DNA from: Leptolyngbyaceae cyanobacterium
Lineage (GTDB): Bacteria; Cyanobacteriota; Cyanobacteriia; Phormidesmidales; Phormidesmidaceae
Direction of reading: 5' to 3'
DNA length: 64,000 nt
Assembly: GCA_965263355.1 (NCBI GenBank)
Contig: CBDHHL010000032.1
Span: 864,001-928,000 of the forward strand
Position numbers and translations under genes: made by a program. The stretch's first letter is position 1. Each line of letters begins with the position of its first letter. This document shows, piece after piece, positions 17,165 through 27,558 of this stretch. The notes below the pieces were generated by a model. The model did not search any database. It had not been told where the DNA came from and worked only from the letters and a program-made list of their open reading frames with translations.

Positions 17165-17245
17165 CCCTTAGCGCTATCGACAGGTGCTACCAACACCCAC
17201 CGACAGCTAACCTAGCAAGCTGAACCAGCCAGCTTGAAGGCTAAT
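17165..17245 (-). ncRNA. Putative cis-antisense small RNA (about 80 nt)
   Basis: Minus-strand promoter TTGCAA-N16-TACATT (17277-17250). Hairpin GCUGUCG..GGUGUU-GGU-AGCACC..CGAUAGC needs G-U pairs available only on the minus strand. Confidence 0.4.
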
Positions 17246-17369
17246 GTTAAATGTACCTTAGCCCTTCCAGTTTGCAACCCTTGCAGGACGGCTAAGGCTT
17301 GAGTTTTGGTCCATAGGCCAGGTAAACCATTACCTGGCCACCTATCCACCTACAAAAACGACCAAAACC

Positions 17370-17615
17370 ATGTTCCAAGACAACACCCAGGGCGCAGACG
17401 CGGCCAACATCCCCCCTGCCGCCAATACTCTCCCCGACCACCAGTTTGACATCGTCCGACACACCCTGTTCGGCACCCTAGACGCCGTCCAAAACACCAT
17501 CAAACTCCTCCACAAACTCAACTACGCCGACCCCAACGACTGGAGCCGCCCCCTACCCACCGGACGCGTCAACGAAGTCATGGCCATCTTGACCAAACGC
17601 GTCCGCGTAGACTAA
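17370..17615 (+). CDS. Small hypothetical protein (81 aa), resembling a multicopy cyanobacterial family
   Basis: ATG after an A-rich leader; VRHTLFG...TIKLLHKLNYA...WSRPLP...EVMAILTK pattern recalled from other cyanobacteria; followed by a GTAG hairpin. Confidence 0.75.
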   Translation: MFQDNTQGADAANIPPAANTLPDHQFDIVRHTLFGTLDAVQNTIKLLHKLNYADPNDWSRPLPTGRVNEVMAILTKRVRVD

Positions 17616-17628
17616 TTCAAGACCTATC

Positions 17629-17662
17629 CCAGTAGGGACATTGCCTGCAATGCCCCTACTGG
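17629..17662. repeat. GTAG-type REP hairpin / terminator
   Basis: CCAGTAGGGACATTGC-CT-GCAATGCCCCTACTGG. Confidence 0.7.
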
Positions 17663-17738
17663 CAAACCCGTGGCATAGCCCCAGTAGCACGCCTATCCCT
17701 CACATTCGCCCAGATCGCTCTGAACGATTACCTGAGGC

Positions 17739-18539
17739 CTAAATCGCCTGCACAATTAAATCAACCGCACGCGGCTTACCAAAGGCAGCATGGTATCGGG
17801 TATAGTCCCCCGGCTGCTCGATGGTGCCCAGTTCTCGGTAAGTACCGCCAGCCCCTTCAATCAGCGCCTTAGTCGCAGCAATATCCCAAATCTTGAGGTT
17901 ATATTCGACCATTACCGCAACAGCACCGCGAATAGCGAGACCATGGGCATAAACATCGTAGTAAATGCGAGAATGAGGGTGAAACCGCAGAACCTTCCAT
18001 AAAACATCCGTATTGCCCCCGCGCTCAAACGTCGCTGGACAGTTGGTGGCAATAATATCCGTCGATGTTAGGGCAGGGCTTTCAAGATCGAGCAGTTGAA
18101 TCTGTTTACCATTGCGATAAGTGCCACAGGGTAAGCCCCCACGAAAACTCTCGCCCAATACCGGAAAATCAATCCACCCGAGGACAGGGTTACCTTGGTA
18201 CAACAGACCGATAATGGTGCCAAAGGTGGGAATCCGATTGATGAGATTTTGCGTGCCATCAATCGGATCAATGGTCCAAACAAACTCGGCGTCGCCATTT
18301 TCAGTGCCGTATTCTTCGCCAATGATGCCATGGTGCGGATAATGTTTACGGATTAGCGTCCGGGCTAATTCTTCGCACTTGAGGTCAACTTCACTGACTG
18401 GGGTGTTGTCCGCTTTGATTTGGGTACTAAAAGAGTTATCTTGCCACAACGTCAGAATCAGCTCACGGGTCTGGCTAAGCAGATCATCACCGACGCTCAG
18501 CAACTCCTGGTAGAAATCGTTTCCTGGTTGGTCCTTCAT
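17739..18539 (-). CDS. Inositol monophosphatase family protein (histidinol-phosphatase HisN-like)
   Basis: KADNTPVSEVD, GIIGEE, WTIDPIDGT and LKIWDIAA. Confidence 0.85.
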   Translation of the reverse strand: MKDQPGNDFYQELLSVGDDLLSQTRELILTLWQDNSFSTQIKADNTPVSEVDLKCEELARTLIRKHYPHHGIIGEEYGTENGDAEFVWTIDPIDGTQNLINRIPTFGTIIGLLYQGNPVLGWIDFPVLGESFRGGLPCGTYRNGKQIQLLDLESPALTSTDIIATNCPATFERGGNTDVLWKVLRFHPHSRIYYDVYAHGLAIRGAVAVMVEYNLKIWDIAATKALIEGAGGTYRELGTIEQPGDYTRYHAAFGKPRAVDLIVQAI

Positions 18540-18687
18540 GGGCGGATATTCAGCGTGATTTAGGGTACTGCCAAAGGCTTATAGATACCAGCCTACCTGG
18601 GTATAACCCGAAAAAGACAATTATGTTTTCTCGGCAGCTAGGACGTTTACTTTATGATAAATTGACTCCCCCAATCCCCACTAAATA

Positions 18688-19716
18688 ATGCAAACGCTTA
18701 CCATCACCCGACCCGACGACTGGCATCTGCATGTGCGTGACGGGGCCATGCTAAAAGCGGTGTTGCCCCATACGGTGCGCCAGTTTGCCCGCGCCATCAT
18801 CATGCCAAACTTAAAGCCGCCAGTGCGGTCGGTGGCCGATGCAGCGGCCTATCGCGATCGCATCATCGCCGCCATGCCAATGGGCTCCCGGTTTGAGCCC
18901 TTGATGACCCTCTACCTCACCGATAACACAGACCCCTCAGAAATTATTGCGGCCAAGGCATCCCAGTTTGTCAAAGCGGTTAAGTATTACCCAGCTGGGG
19001 CAACCACCAATTCAGACTCTGGGGTAACGGATATTCGGAAATGCGATCGCGTCTTTGAGGCAATGCAACAGGCCAACTTACCGCTGTTACTCCATGGGGA
19101 AGTCACCGATAAACAGGTGGATGTGTTTGATCGCGAGAAACAATTTATCGAGCAACATTTAATTCCCCTGAGACAGCGATTTCCCAACCTACGTATTGTG
19201 CTTGAGCACATTACCACCTCAGATGCCGTAGCGTTTGTCCTGGCTAATAACAATATTGCAGCGACGATCACACCGCAGCATCTGTTGTTTAACCGCAATG
19301 TTCTCTTTCAGGGCGGTATTCGCCCCCATTTTTATTGTCTGCCAATTTTGAAACATGAGCACCATCGTCAGGCAATTTTGCAAGCCGCCACCTCCGGTAA
19401 TCCTAAGTTTTTTCTAGGGACCGATAGTGCGCCCCATGATCGCGATCGCAAAGAAACCGCCTGTGGCTGTGCAGGCTGCTACTCTGCTCTACATGCCATA
19501 GAGTTGTATGCAGAAGCGTTTGAGAGCGCTGATGCCCTCGATAAACTAGAGGCCTTTGCCAGTTTTCACGGCCCAGACTTTTACCAACTCCCCCGCAATA
19601 CTGAGCAAATCACCCTGGTCAAAACAACCTGGCGCATTCCTGAGCAATTGTCCCTGACCGACTCTCAACTTGTCCCCTTACGGGCAGGTGAAGAACTCCC
19701 ATGGCAGATGGTATAA
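18688..19716 (+). CDS. pyrC: Dihydroorotase
   Basis: [39 protein letters not shown] and CGCAGC. Confidence 0.98.
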   Translation: MQTLTITRPDDWHLHVRDGAMLKAVLPHTVRQFARAIIMPNLKPPVRSVADAAAYRDRIIAAMPMGSRFEPLMTLYLTDNTDPSEIIAAKASQFVKAVKYYPAGATTNSDSGVTDIRKCDRVFEAMQQANLPLLLHGEVTDKQVDVFDREKQFIEQHLIPLRQRFPNLRIVLEHITTSDAVAFVLANNNIAATITPQHLLFNRNVLFQGGIRPHFYCLPILKHEHHRQAILQAATSGNPKFFLGTDSAPHDRDRKETACGCAGCYSALHAIELYAEAFESADALDKLEAFASFHGPDFYQLPRNTEQITLVKTTWRIPEQLSLTDSQLVPLRAGEELPWQMV

Positions 19717-19755
19717 CTGAACATATGCCATGCCTACAAATTTGTAAATTCAGCT

Positions 19756-20388
19756 ATGCTCCAAAGTCTAGCCATTTCTAAGAATATTCTGACAATGGCA
19801 GCTGTCCAAAAGCGGTTTGGCATAGTACCCAGTCCAGACCCAAAATTCTTTGCAGAATGGGTAAACGATTTACCTGAATTAACGTCTTTGGAAATAGATA
19901 CCCTTGACCAAATTAAGGCTAGATTTGATCGCCACAGAAATCAGGGACCGCTTGCCGAAGGCACGATTAATCAACTCCTGATTTCCCCTCTTCTTACCTT
20001 GGCCGCTCTGTACGATGAACCCTTTTTTGTCTCCACAGAGCCGAGTTTAGCAATCGAACTAAAAGACCAGGACGAAATCCTACGCGGACGGATTGATACG
20101 CTGATTGTTCAGCATCAGTTTTGGGTACTGGTGATTGAGTCTAAGTCAACCATTGCGTTTTCAATCGCCCTTCCTCAAGCAATGACGTATATGATGGCTA
20201 ACCCTCATCCAGAGCGTCCAGTTTATGGCCTCATTACCAATGGTGATGAGTTTATGTTTATTAAAATGTTGACCCAAGGGTTGCCTCAATACGATCTCTC
20301 TAATGTCTTCTCGTTAATCATCCCGCGCCGTAATCAACTGTATGAGATTCTCCAAATTCTCAAGCAAATTTGTCAGGTTATGAGTTAG
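19756..20388 (+). CDS. Type I restriction HsdR N-terminal-like PD-(D/E)XK protein
   Basis: RGRIDTL...LVIESK...PQAMTYM...YGLITNGDEFMF. Confidence 0.75.
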   Translation: MLQSLAISKNILTMAAVQKRFGIVPSPDPKFFAEWVNDLPELTSLEIDTLDQIKARFDRHRNQGPLAEGTINQLLISPLLTLAALYDEPFFVSTEPSLAIELKDQDEILRGRIDTLIVQHQFWVLVIESKSTIAFSIALPQAMTYMMANPHPERPVYGLITNGDEFMFIKMLTQGLPQYDLSNVFSLIIPRRNQLYEILQILKQICQVMS

Positions 20389-20403
20389 TCAGGTAACAGT
20401 AAA

Positions 20404-20958
20404 ATGAACAATACCAATGTCCAACGTCTACCCAATTATATGTCCCAATTGCAGTGCGGATTGGGATGGGATGCTCAAGCCGAGATAGAACTAGATTTGG
20501 ATATGGCTGTTTTAGCCCTGGCCAGTAATGGGAAATTAGCCGCTGGGAAAGAAGGATTTATCTATGCAGGACATCCACGCCACCAATCAGGTGCAATCCA
20601 GCTACTTAATGACAATATTACGGGTGAAGGGGAGGGCGATGACGAGCAATTGCTGATCAGTTTATCAAGATTATCCACTGATATTACAAAACTTATGTTT
20701 GTTGTCAATATCGATTTTGGTGAAGAGCAGCAACAAGATTTTAGCCAGACCCAAAATGCGTTCTGGCGTCTCATAGATTGTTCTAGTCGACAGACCTTAC
20801 TACACCAGTCTTTGTCTAATGCCCAATGGCAAGGTATTACAACGCTTTTGGTCGCTGAGTTAGACCGTATAGATGATCATTGGCAACTTATCCCGTCTCT
20901 AGAACCCAGCCCCCAGAAAAATCTCAATGAACTCCTAAATGAATATAGTGAACAATGA
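20404..20958 (+). CDS. TerD family protein
   Basis: GLGWD...DLDMA...DNITGEGEGDDEQ. Confidence 0.9.
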   Translation: MNNTNVQRLPNYMSQLQCGLGWDAQAEIELDLDMAVLALASNGKLAAGKEGFIYAGHPRHQSGAIQLLNDNITGEGEGDDEQLLISLSRLSTDITKLMFVVNIDFGEEQQQDFSQTQNAFWRLIDCSSRQTLLHQSLSNAQWQGITTLLVAELDRIDDHWQLIPSLEPSPQKNLNELLNEYSEQ

Positions 20959-20964
20959 ACAACT

Positions 20965-21014
20965 CTGTAGGGGCACTCCCTTGTGGATACCCTTCTATAC
21001 CGGGTGCTATCAGT
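20965..21014. repeat. Partial copy of the right half of the 847-953 element
   Basis: CTGTAGGGGCACTCCCTTGTGGATACCCTTCTATACCGGGTGCTAT here versus CTGTAGGGACAATCCCTTGTGGATGCCCTTCGATACCGGGTGCTAT at 891. Confidence 0.8.
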
Positions 21015-21276
21015 TCTGTTCCCATTCTCTTCTAGTGAGTTCACTAGGATTGCACGAATCGGCAATAACGTCTATTCCTAGCCGTAGATTGTCGGCTGCG
21101 ATTCGGTAAGCTAATCGATATCCCCCGCCTTCAACCTTTACACCACACAAGTCCCTAAGCCCTTGTTCAAGGGTATCAATCCGTAAGTGAACCGCATTGA
21201 TCCGCTGAGCAAGTCGTTTAGATAATGTGGTCTTGCCAGTTCCTGGTAATCCTGGAAATATGAATAATTTGGCCAT
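21010..21276 (-). pseudogene. Truncated AAA_33-family P-loop kinase
   Basis: GLPGTGKTT, HLRIDTLEQ and VIADSCNP...TRREW. It stops at 88 aa at the edge of the repeat element. Confidence 0.7.
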
Positions 21277-21491
21277 AGATTGTATCTGTCAGGAAAATTT
21301 AGTAAAAAAATATATTTAACCTCATCGTGACTTGGTATTCCTGGTCTTATCTGCCTGGAATTTAGCTAGATAGGATTGAGGTTATATTGAGGAGCTGTTT
21401 TGGGTTATTTAGCGTCTAGTTGAACAGCTCTTACCGGTGTGACGGTATGCTCCGTCAATCTTTAACGTTAAAAAATTATAAGGAAACACAA

Positions 21492-22214
21492 ATGCAAGTT
21501 CTTTCTCGTTTGCTGACGTCTACAAGCTGTGCGTTACTTGCGATCGCACCAGCCCTGCTGAGTCAGGCCGCTTTTCCCCAAGCTGCGTCAGCGACACCGG
21601 CTCAGTCAGCTGAGACCAACACTTCAGTACAGCTGGCTCAAAATACCCGACCAAAAATTACTGTTTTGCCCCTATCCCACGGTGACGTTAGTTCCGACTA
21701 TTGGTGGTACTACAGCTACTATCGCGGTCAGGGCGCTGCTCGTGGCATTAGCGAATTGCTGATCAACGAGCTGGTTAACGACGGTGCTTACTCAGTGGTT
21801 GACAGCAGTCAGTTTACAGTGCAGTCCGGCAATATTGTGGATGAAGGTGCAGCCTTAGACCAGGCTCAAGCCATGAATATCGATGCTGTGGTTGCTGGAA
21901 CCATCACCCAGTTTGACCTGCAAGATAACGAAAAATGTGTCAGAGTTCCCTTTGTAGGCCGTACCTGCAGTAGTGAAACCAATGCCACCGTTCAGCTCAA
22001 TGTGCGTTTAATTGATCCCGTTACCCGAGAGATTATTGCCACAGCCGAAGGGGAAGGTGCAGCCTCCCAAAGCGGCGGTTCCATTGACCTATACCGGGGT
22101 CCCGATGCCAGCTCTGATGACAATCGCGCCCTCGATGAATTGTTGACAGAAGCCACAGAGCAGGCCATCGACAAAATCGTACCTGAAATTACAGCCGCTG
22201 AATCCCGCTTTTAG
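21492..22214 (+). CDS. CsgG/HfaB family exported protein
   Basis: Signal peptide, RPKITVL...GISELLINELV...GTITQFD...VQLNVRLID; AAGGA precedes the ATG at 21492. Confidence 0.8.
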   Translation: MQVLSRLLTSTSCALLAIAPALLSQAAFPQAASATPAQSAETNTSVQLAQNTRPKITVLPLSHGDVSSDYWWYYSYYRGQGAARGISELLINELVNDGAYSVVDSSQFTVQSGNIVDEGAALDQAQAMNIDAVVAGTITQFDLQDNEKCVRVPFVGRTCSSETNATVQLNVRLIDPVTREIIATAEGEGAASQSGGSIDLYRGPDASSDDNRALDELLTEATEQAIDKIVPEITAAESRF

Positions 22215-22289
22215 GGTATCAGCGCAAAGCGAGACGCCCCCCTCGCCTTGCGAAACGACTCCCTTAAGAATGTAAAGTTCGGCATACTC

Positions 22290-22393
22290 TGCGAGAAGCG
22301 CAAAGCTCTACGGAGTTCGGAATTCGGAGTACTTTTCGAGAAGGGCAAGCTCTAAAGAATGCGCTTCCCTTCCGAATTCCGAATTCCGAATTT
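22290..22393. repeat. STRR-like heptamer repeats (TTCGGAA / TTCCGAA) in inverted arrangement
   Basis: TTCGGAATTCGGAG...TTCCGAATTCCGAATTCCGAAT between convergent genes. Confidence 0.75.
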
Positions 22394-22400
22394 CTACCAA

Positions 22401-23993
22401 CTATCGAGCCATTACCCGCATGGTACCAGGATTACCTGGATTCCCATCAATGGCAACCATACGACCATTGGCATCCAGGTGTCGCACAATTTTATAGATC
22501 TCCTCCACCGCATCAGGACGACCCACCTTATCAGCAACCTCTGTCAGGGTGAGGGAGCCACCAGTTTTACTGAGCACATCCACCACCATGTTTTGTAAAT
22601 TCAGAATGCTAGCCGCTGCTTTTTTACCTGCTTCCACACCAGGCTGATGGTAAGCATTAATGTTGACCACCGCTGCGTATAGACTGACTGCCCGCTCATA
22701 TAGGGCAATTAGTGCACCCACTACAGTTGGTGTTACCTCAGGAATGGTAATCGTGATGGACTGCCGGTTGTTTTCAAACAAGGCCTTACGAGTACCTTGC
22801 AAAAAGCCTGAAAGATAATCACCAGATGTCACACCTGGATCAATTTCTGTCGAGTTACCGTCGCGATCCTTGAGCACCTCAATCAGGGTCACAAAGAAGT
22901 TATTCACCCCTTCACGCAGCTGCTGTACATAGGCATGCTGGTCAGTTGAGCCCTTATTGCCGTATACCGCAATCCCCTGAAATACCTGATTGCCATCTAG
23001 ATCAGTTTCTTTGCCCAAAGATTCCATAATCAGCTGCTGTAGATAGCGGCTAAACAGCAACAAACTGTCTTTATAGGGCAAAATCACCATGTCTTTCTCA
23101 CCCTTGCCATTGCCTGCGTGATACCAGGCTAACGCCATTAATGCCGCTGGGTTATTTTTGAGATCATGCACCCGTGTTGCCGCATCCATTTGCTTGGCAC
23201 CCGCTAGAATGGCACGAATATCAATACCCTGTAGCGCCGCAGGCAGCAACCCTACGGAAGATAGTTCAGAGGTGCGTCCACCCACCCAGTCTTGCATGGG
23301 AAACATGGCTAACCAATTGGCATCTTTGGCAACTTTATCCAGCTTACTGCCCCGCCCGGTGGTAGCTACTGCGTACTTTGAGAAGTCCAAACCGCGTTTT
23401 TCATAGGCGGCTTTGACCTCAAGCATGCCGTTGCGAGTTTCCGGAGTACCTCCAGATTTAGAAATGACCAATACCAAGGTGGTCTTTAGTCGGTCACCTA
23501 GCTTGGCTAAGGTCTTATCTACACCAGCTGGGTCTGTATTATCGATAAAGTTGATGGTTAACGACGGGTTTACTGCGCCGAGTGCTTCGGCAACAAACTC
23601 TGGCCCTAGGGCCGAACCACCAATGCCGATGGACAAGATATCGGTAAAGCGTTCCTCGCCAGGGGGCGTAATCGTAGCTGTATGAATTTGCTGGGTAAAA
23701 TTTTCTATATCGCGCAGGGTATTAACAATTTCGCTACGAAGATCATCATTGGGAGCCAGATCGGGATCCCGTAGCCAATAGTGACCGACCATGCGGTTTT
23801 CATCTGGATTTGCGATCGCACCTCCTTCCAATGCATCTATCGATTCAAACGCCTTTGCAAACCGAGGCGTCATCTCAGCTACAAAGGCATCGTCGAACGT
23901 TACACGACTGACATCCAAGTAGAATCCTAGGTCCTCATTGAAATAGAGCCAGTCTTGATATCGTTGCCACAACGCGGTCGCATCCATAGTCAC
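22401..23993 (-). CDS. pgi: Glucose-6-phosphate isomerase
   Basis: [35 protein letters not shown] and [12 protein letters not shown]. Confidence 0.98.
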   Translation of the reverse strand: MTMDATALWQRYQDWLYFNEDLGFYLDVSRVTFDDAFVAEMTPRFAKAFESIDALEGGAIANPDENRMVGHYWLRDPDLAPNDDLRSEIVNTLRDIENFTQQIHTATITPPGEERFTDILSIGIGGSALGPEFVAEALGAVNPSLTINFIDNTDPAGVDKTLAKLGDRLKTTLVLVISKSGGTPETRNGMLEVKAAYEKRGLDFSKYAVATTGRGSKLDKVAKDANWLAMFPMQDWVGGRTSELSSVGLLPAALQGIDIRAILAGAKQMDAATRVHDLKNNPAALMALAWYHAGNGKGEKDMVILPYKDSLLLFSRYLQQLIMESLGKETDLDGNQVFQGIAVYGNKGSTDQHAYVQQLREGVNNFFVTLIEVLKDRDGNSTEIDPGVTSGDYLSGFLQGTRKALFENNRQSITITIPEVTPTVVGALIALYERAVSLYAAVVNINAYHQPGVEAGKKAAASILNLQNMVVDVLSKTGGSLTLTEVADKVGRPDAVEEIYKIVRHLDANGRMVAIDGNPGNPGTMRVMAR

Positions 23994-24347
23994 CTCTCTA
24001 AGGCTGCAATTTTTTTTGTCACTAAACTATATTCACATTCAGCGCTGTCGTTTTTCGTATTGGAGAATTCAGAGTTTATGGCTTGAATGTGGTTTGAACC
24101 AAATGAACTTAATGCACCGACTTAATGCACCGACTGTCAGTGTAGTGATCATTCCTCCTTAAGACCCCAAAATTCTTGAAGGATTTCACGATTCGTTGTG
24201 GAAACTGTAAACCACGTAACAGTCGAGTATCTTGTTTAGCCACACTTCTTGAGTAAAATTGTAATAACCGTCACACTCATGCACACTCATGGTTATTACA
24301 CAGCAAACTGCCCCCGTTAAACGACAGGGTCTTTAATCATCGTCATA

Positions 24348-25340
24348 ATGGATCTAGTTACCCTTCAAGGACTGCTCGATAACATTTCCTTTGCGGTCCT
24401 CTTCATTACGATGCTCCTTTACTGGAGTAGCCTCGCCTTTGATCAAGCTACCTGGCTTCAAACCCTGGGTACGACTGGTATGGCTATTGCTAATCTCTGC
24501 ACGGCAGCGTTGCTAATAGCTCGATGGATTGAAGGCGGGTATTTCCCCCTCAGCAATCTCTACGAATCTCTCTTCTTTATTGCCTGGGGGATTACGGCTA
24601 TTCACTTTGTGGCCGAGCGTATGAGTAATAGCCGTTGGGTAGGTGCTATGACGGCCCCAGCTGCCATGGGGATTACCGCCTTTGCCACCCTTACCCTACC
24701 TAGCAATATGCAGGTTTCCGAGCCGTTGGTACCCGCCCTTAAGTCTAATTGGCTGATGATGCATGTCAGTGTGATGTTGCTGAGTTATTCAGCCCTGATG
24801 GTGGGTTCTTTGGTTGCGATCGCATTCCTGGTGGTCACCCGTGGTCAGGCGGTTGAACTCAAAGGGAGTTCTGTGGGGACCGGGGGATTTCGCGATCGCA
24901 AATACATTCTCAAACGTGCCCCTGAAGCAACACCTGAACCCACCTTATCCACCGTAGGTGGAGGCACTGCAGTGCTAGAAAAACCTGCTAAGGAAACAGC
25001 AGCCCTGTCAATGCAGCGCCTTACCTTGGCCGACACCCTAGACAACATCAGCTACCGCATCATCGGTCTTGGCTTCCCCTTACTCACCATCGGCATCATT
25101 TCTGGTGGTGTTTGGGCCAACGAAGCCTGGGGCTCCTACTGGAGTTGGGATCCCAAAGAAACCTGGGCATTAATTACCTGGCTCGTATTTGCCGCCTATC
25201 TCCACTCCCGCATTACCAAAGGTTGGCAAGGCCGCAAGCCCGCCTTTATCGCTGCCACCGGTTTTATGGTGGTTTGGGTCTGCTACCTGGGCGTGAATTT
25301 ATTAGGTAAAGGGTTACACAGCTACGGTTGGTTCTTTTAA
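24348..25340 (+). CDS. ccsA: Cytochrome c biogenesis protein CcsA (system II)
   Basis: [36 protein letters not shown] and GLHSYGW. Confidence 0.97.
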   Translation: MDLVTLQGLLDNISFAVLFITMLLYWSSLAFDQATWLQTLGTTGMAIANLCTAALLIARWIEGGYFPLSNLYESLFFIAWGITAIHFVAERMSNSRWVGAMTAPAAMGITAFATLTLPSNMQVSEPLVPALKSNWLMMHVSVMLLSYSALMVGSLVAIAFLVVTRGQAVELKGSSVGTGGFRDRKYILKRAPEATPEPTLSTVGGGTAVLEKPAKETAALSMQRLTLADTLDNISYRIIGLGFPLLTIGIISGGVWANEAWGSYWSWDPKETWALITWLVFAAYLHSRITKGWQGRKPAFIAATGFMVVWVCYLGVNLLGKGLHSYGWFF

Positions 25341-25363
25341 TCGAATTATTCTTGCTCCCAAAA

Positions 25364-25436
25364 GACGGTGGGCAATGCCAAGGTCGACGCCATAAATCGT
25401 GGCCCCTAGCAGACGGTGGGCAGTGCCCAACCTACG
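25364..25436. repeat. Two REP-like units (GACGGTGGGCARTGCC..., ending in CCTAC)
   Basis: Direct repeat read in the sequence; GTAG-type REP end. Confidence 0.55.
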
Positions 25437-25484
25437 GTTCAAAACGTTTGCATAGCAGCAACTACAGGCAATAACCTATGCCCT

Positions 25485-25520
25485 TTCCAAATTTCTGGAA
25501 AGCCTTCCAGAAATTTGGAA
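25485..25520. terminator. Perfect 16-bp stem hairpin between convergent genes
   Basis: TTCCAAATTTCTGGAA-AGCC-TTCCAGAAATTTGGAA. Confidence 0.7.
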
Positions 25521-25579
25521 TTCACCCCGCCATAACCCCAAACCCTACAATTAGGGATAACTCGGTATGAGGGAAGCCC

Positions 25580-26236
25580 CTACGTCGCCACTCCTGCAAA
25601 TAAATTTCCAAACGACTGCTCCTGTGCATCCGCACTCGTCACAATCTCCACAACCTTATTATCAGCCGCAGGCTCGCTCAGAGCTGCAATACATACCTGA
25701 GCCACCTTCTGCCGAGCAATTCCCCCCTCAAACAACGTATCTGCCCCAGACATCACAATTGCCTCTTTGCTATCCTCACTCCGCAATCCACCAGGCCGAA
25801 CAATCGTATACGTCAAACCACTTTTGATGATGTACCCCTCTGCCTGCTTCTTCCAAAACAGCACCAACCAGAATAGGTTAAGCGGATGAAAAAACTTAGA
25901 AACACATAGCGAAGACACAATCACAAACCGCTTAACACCGTTTGCCTTAGCTGCATCCACCAAATTCTTAGTCCCCTCAAAATCCACCCGATAAGGACCT
26001 GTTACATCAAAACTAGGAGCCGCTCCCGTAGCGCAAATAACAGCATCACATCCTGCTATGGCGGCCCTAATGGTGTCTGGCTTCAACACATCCCCAACCA
26101 CCACCTCAACAGCATCTACAAAATTAGCGTTTGTACGATCCCGCACCATAGCTCTAACGGCATTACCCGAACTGCTTAGCTGATTAGTCACATGCAGCCC
26201 TGTCTTCCCAGTCGCACCCACAACCAATACCTTCAT
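25580..26236 (-). CDS. NAD(P)H-binding atypical SDR (Tic62/NmrA-like)
   Basis: VLVVGATGKTG, VDFEGTKNL and YTIVRPGGL. Confidence 0.92.
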   Translation of the reverse strand: MKVLVVGATGKTGLHVTNQLSSSGNAVRAMVRDRTNANFVDAVEVVVGDVLKPDTIRAAIAGCDAVICATGAAPSFDVTGPYRVDFEGTKNLVDAAKANGVKRFVIVSSLCVSKFFHPLNLFWLVLFWKKQAEGYIIKSGLTYTIVRPGGLRSEDSKEAIVMSGADTLFEGGIARQKVAQVCIAALSEPAADNKVVEIVTSADAQEQSFGNLFAGVAT

Positions 26237-26403
26237 CCGTTTCTTCTGCAGTCGTCACTACAGCTATTACCAACACGATCAAACTACCAAACTGTAACGA
26301 TGGCTTCACTATATAAAGAAGCGGTTGGCTACAACTTACAAAGTCGTCAACTAATCTATCGGGGTATCCACTCAAGCCGGGAAATTCTGGTTAAGTAGGA
26401 ATC

Positions 26404-26465
26404 TAGAATCCAGGAGCCAGAATTTAGAAGGGATATGGCTTCTGGCTCCTGACTTCTGACGTCTA
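26404..26465. repeat. Degenerate STRR heptamers in inverted arrangement
   Basis: CAGGAGCCAGAA...TTCTGGCTCCTGACTTCTG. Confidence 0.6.
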
Positions 26466-26855
26466 CCCTGAGGAAAACTTCCCGCTTTAAGTTGGTACCC
26501 ATCTATCGTTTATCCCAGGCTTATATAAACCGTCCGTATCTTTGAAAATCATTAAGCCATTATCGAAAAAATCTTCATCCCTGAAAAATCGATTAAACTT
26601 AATAAATCACAAAGTAACTTAAGTGAAAGGCTAAAATTACTTTTTATATATAGAGGAGTTAATATTGTTCATAAGTTCATACCCGTGGTTTGCCGATGGT
26701 AGCTTGTTTTTTTAACTCGGTAACCTAGTAACCATAACGATATATCCTTTGGCTTCTTCCATTAGCCTGGTTATCATAGAGGCGACTCAAAGTCACCATT
26801 AATCGTTAGCAAGTATGCCCTGTATCCTGATCTTTCATCTGTAGGTTACCTTTGA

Positions 26856-27548
26856 GTGTTTCTTAGCTTTATGAACGTGTCCTCTACGCAGTACCCTCAG
26901 CCAGGAGTTTCAAGCGCTTCACAGGTGTCTATTAATCCAGAGCAATCGGCACTAGGTGATAGCAAAGAGTGGCAGACACCGGAAACTATTGTTTTTGAGG
27001 GCTATTACGTCGGCAACATGGAGATGTTTGCTGATATTGATACCGTTGCTGACTATCTGAACGCCCACCAAGGCTGGTTTACTCGCTGCGCGCAGCCTAT
27101 GGATGTCAAGCCCATCGGACATAATGGGTATGCCATTTCACTAGGTCGTTTTGGTAGCCTCAATTTTCAGATTCAACCTAAAATTGGTCTGCATTTGCTG
27201 CCTCAGAATAAGGGCGTTTATCGGATTGAGACCATTCCTGTGCCAGGGTATGAGCCCGAAGGGTACGATGTTGATTTCCGTGCTGCTATGTCTTTGGCTG
27301 AAAAACGGCAGGAAAAGCTACCCGTGAAACAGTCAACCCAGGTAGAATGGGAGCTTAACTTACAGACTAAAGTACAAATGCCAAGGTTTATCCAGGCATT
27401 ACCTCAATCTTTGGTCAAAGCATCTGGTGATAAGCTGCTCAATCAAATTGTGCGTCAGATATCCAGACGACTTACTCGTAAGGTACAAGAAGATTTTCAT
27501 AAAATGATGAATCTGCCATTACCAGGTCGAAAGGCAAGGCACCAATAA
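26856..27548 (+). CDS. DUF1997 family protein
   Basis: YLNAHQGWFTRCAQPM...PKIGLHLLP...PRFIQALP...LTRKVQEDF. Confidence 0.8.
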   Translation: MFLSFMNVSSTQYPQPGVSSASQVSINPEQSALGDSKEWQTPETIVFEGYYVGNMEMFADIDTVADYLNAHQGWFTRCAQPMDVKPIGHNGYAISLGRFGSLNFQIQPKIGLHLLPQNKGVYRIETIPVPGYEPEGYDVDFRAAMSLAEKRQEKLPVKQSTQVEWELNLQTKVQMPRFIQALPQSLVKASGDKLLNQIVRQISRRLTRKVQEDFHKMMNLPLPGRKARHQ

Positions 27549-27558
27549 CGTTTCTGAC

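Noticed and set aside
19756..20388. Functional type I restriction-modification system
   Set aside because: Only an HsdR_N-like domain is present; there is no hsdM, hsdS or helicase.
26184..26398. Small membrane gene such as petM upstream of the SDR
   Set aside because: The translations do not match PetM and overlap the SDR start.
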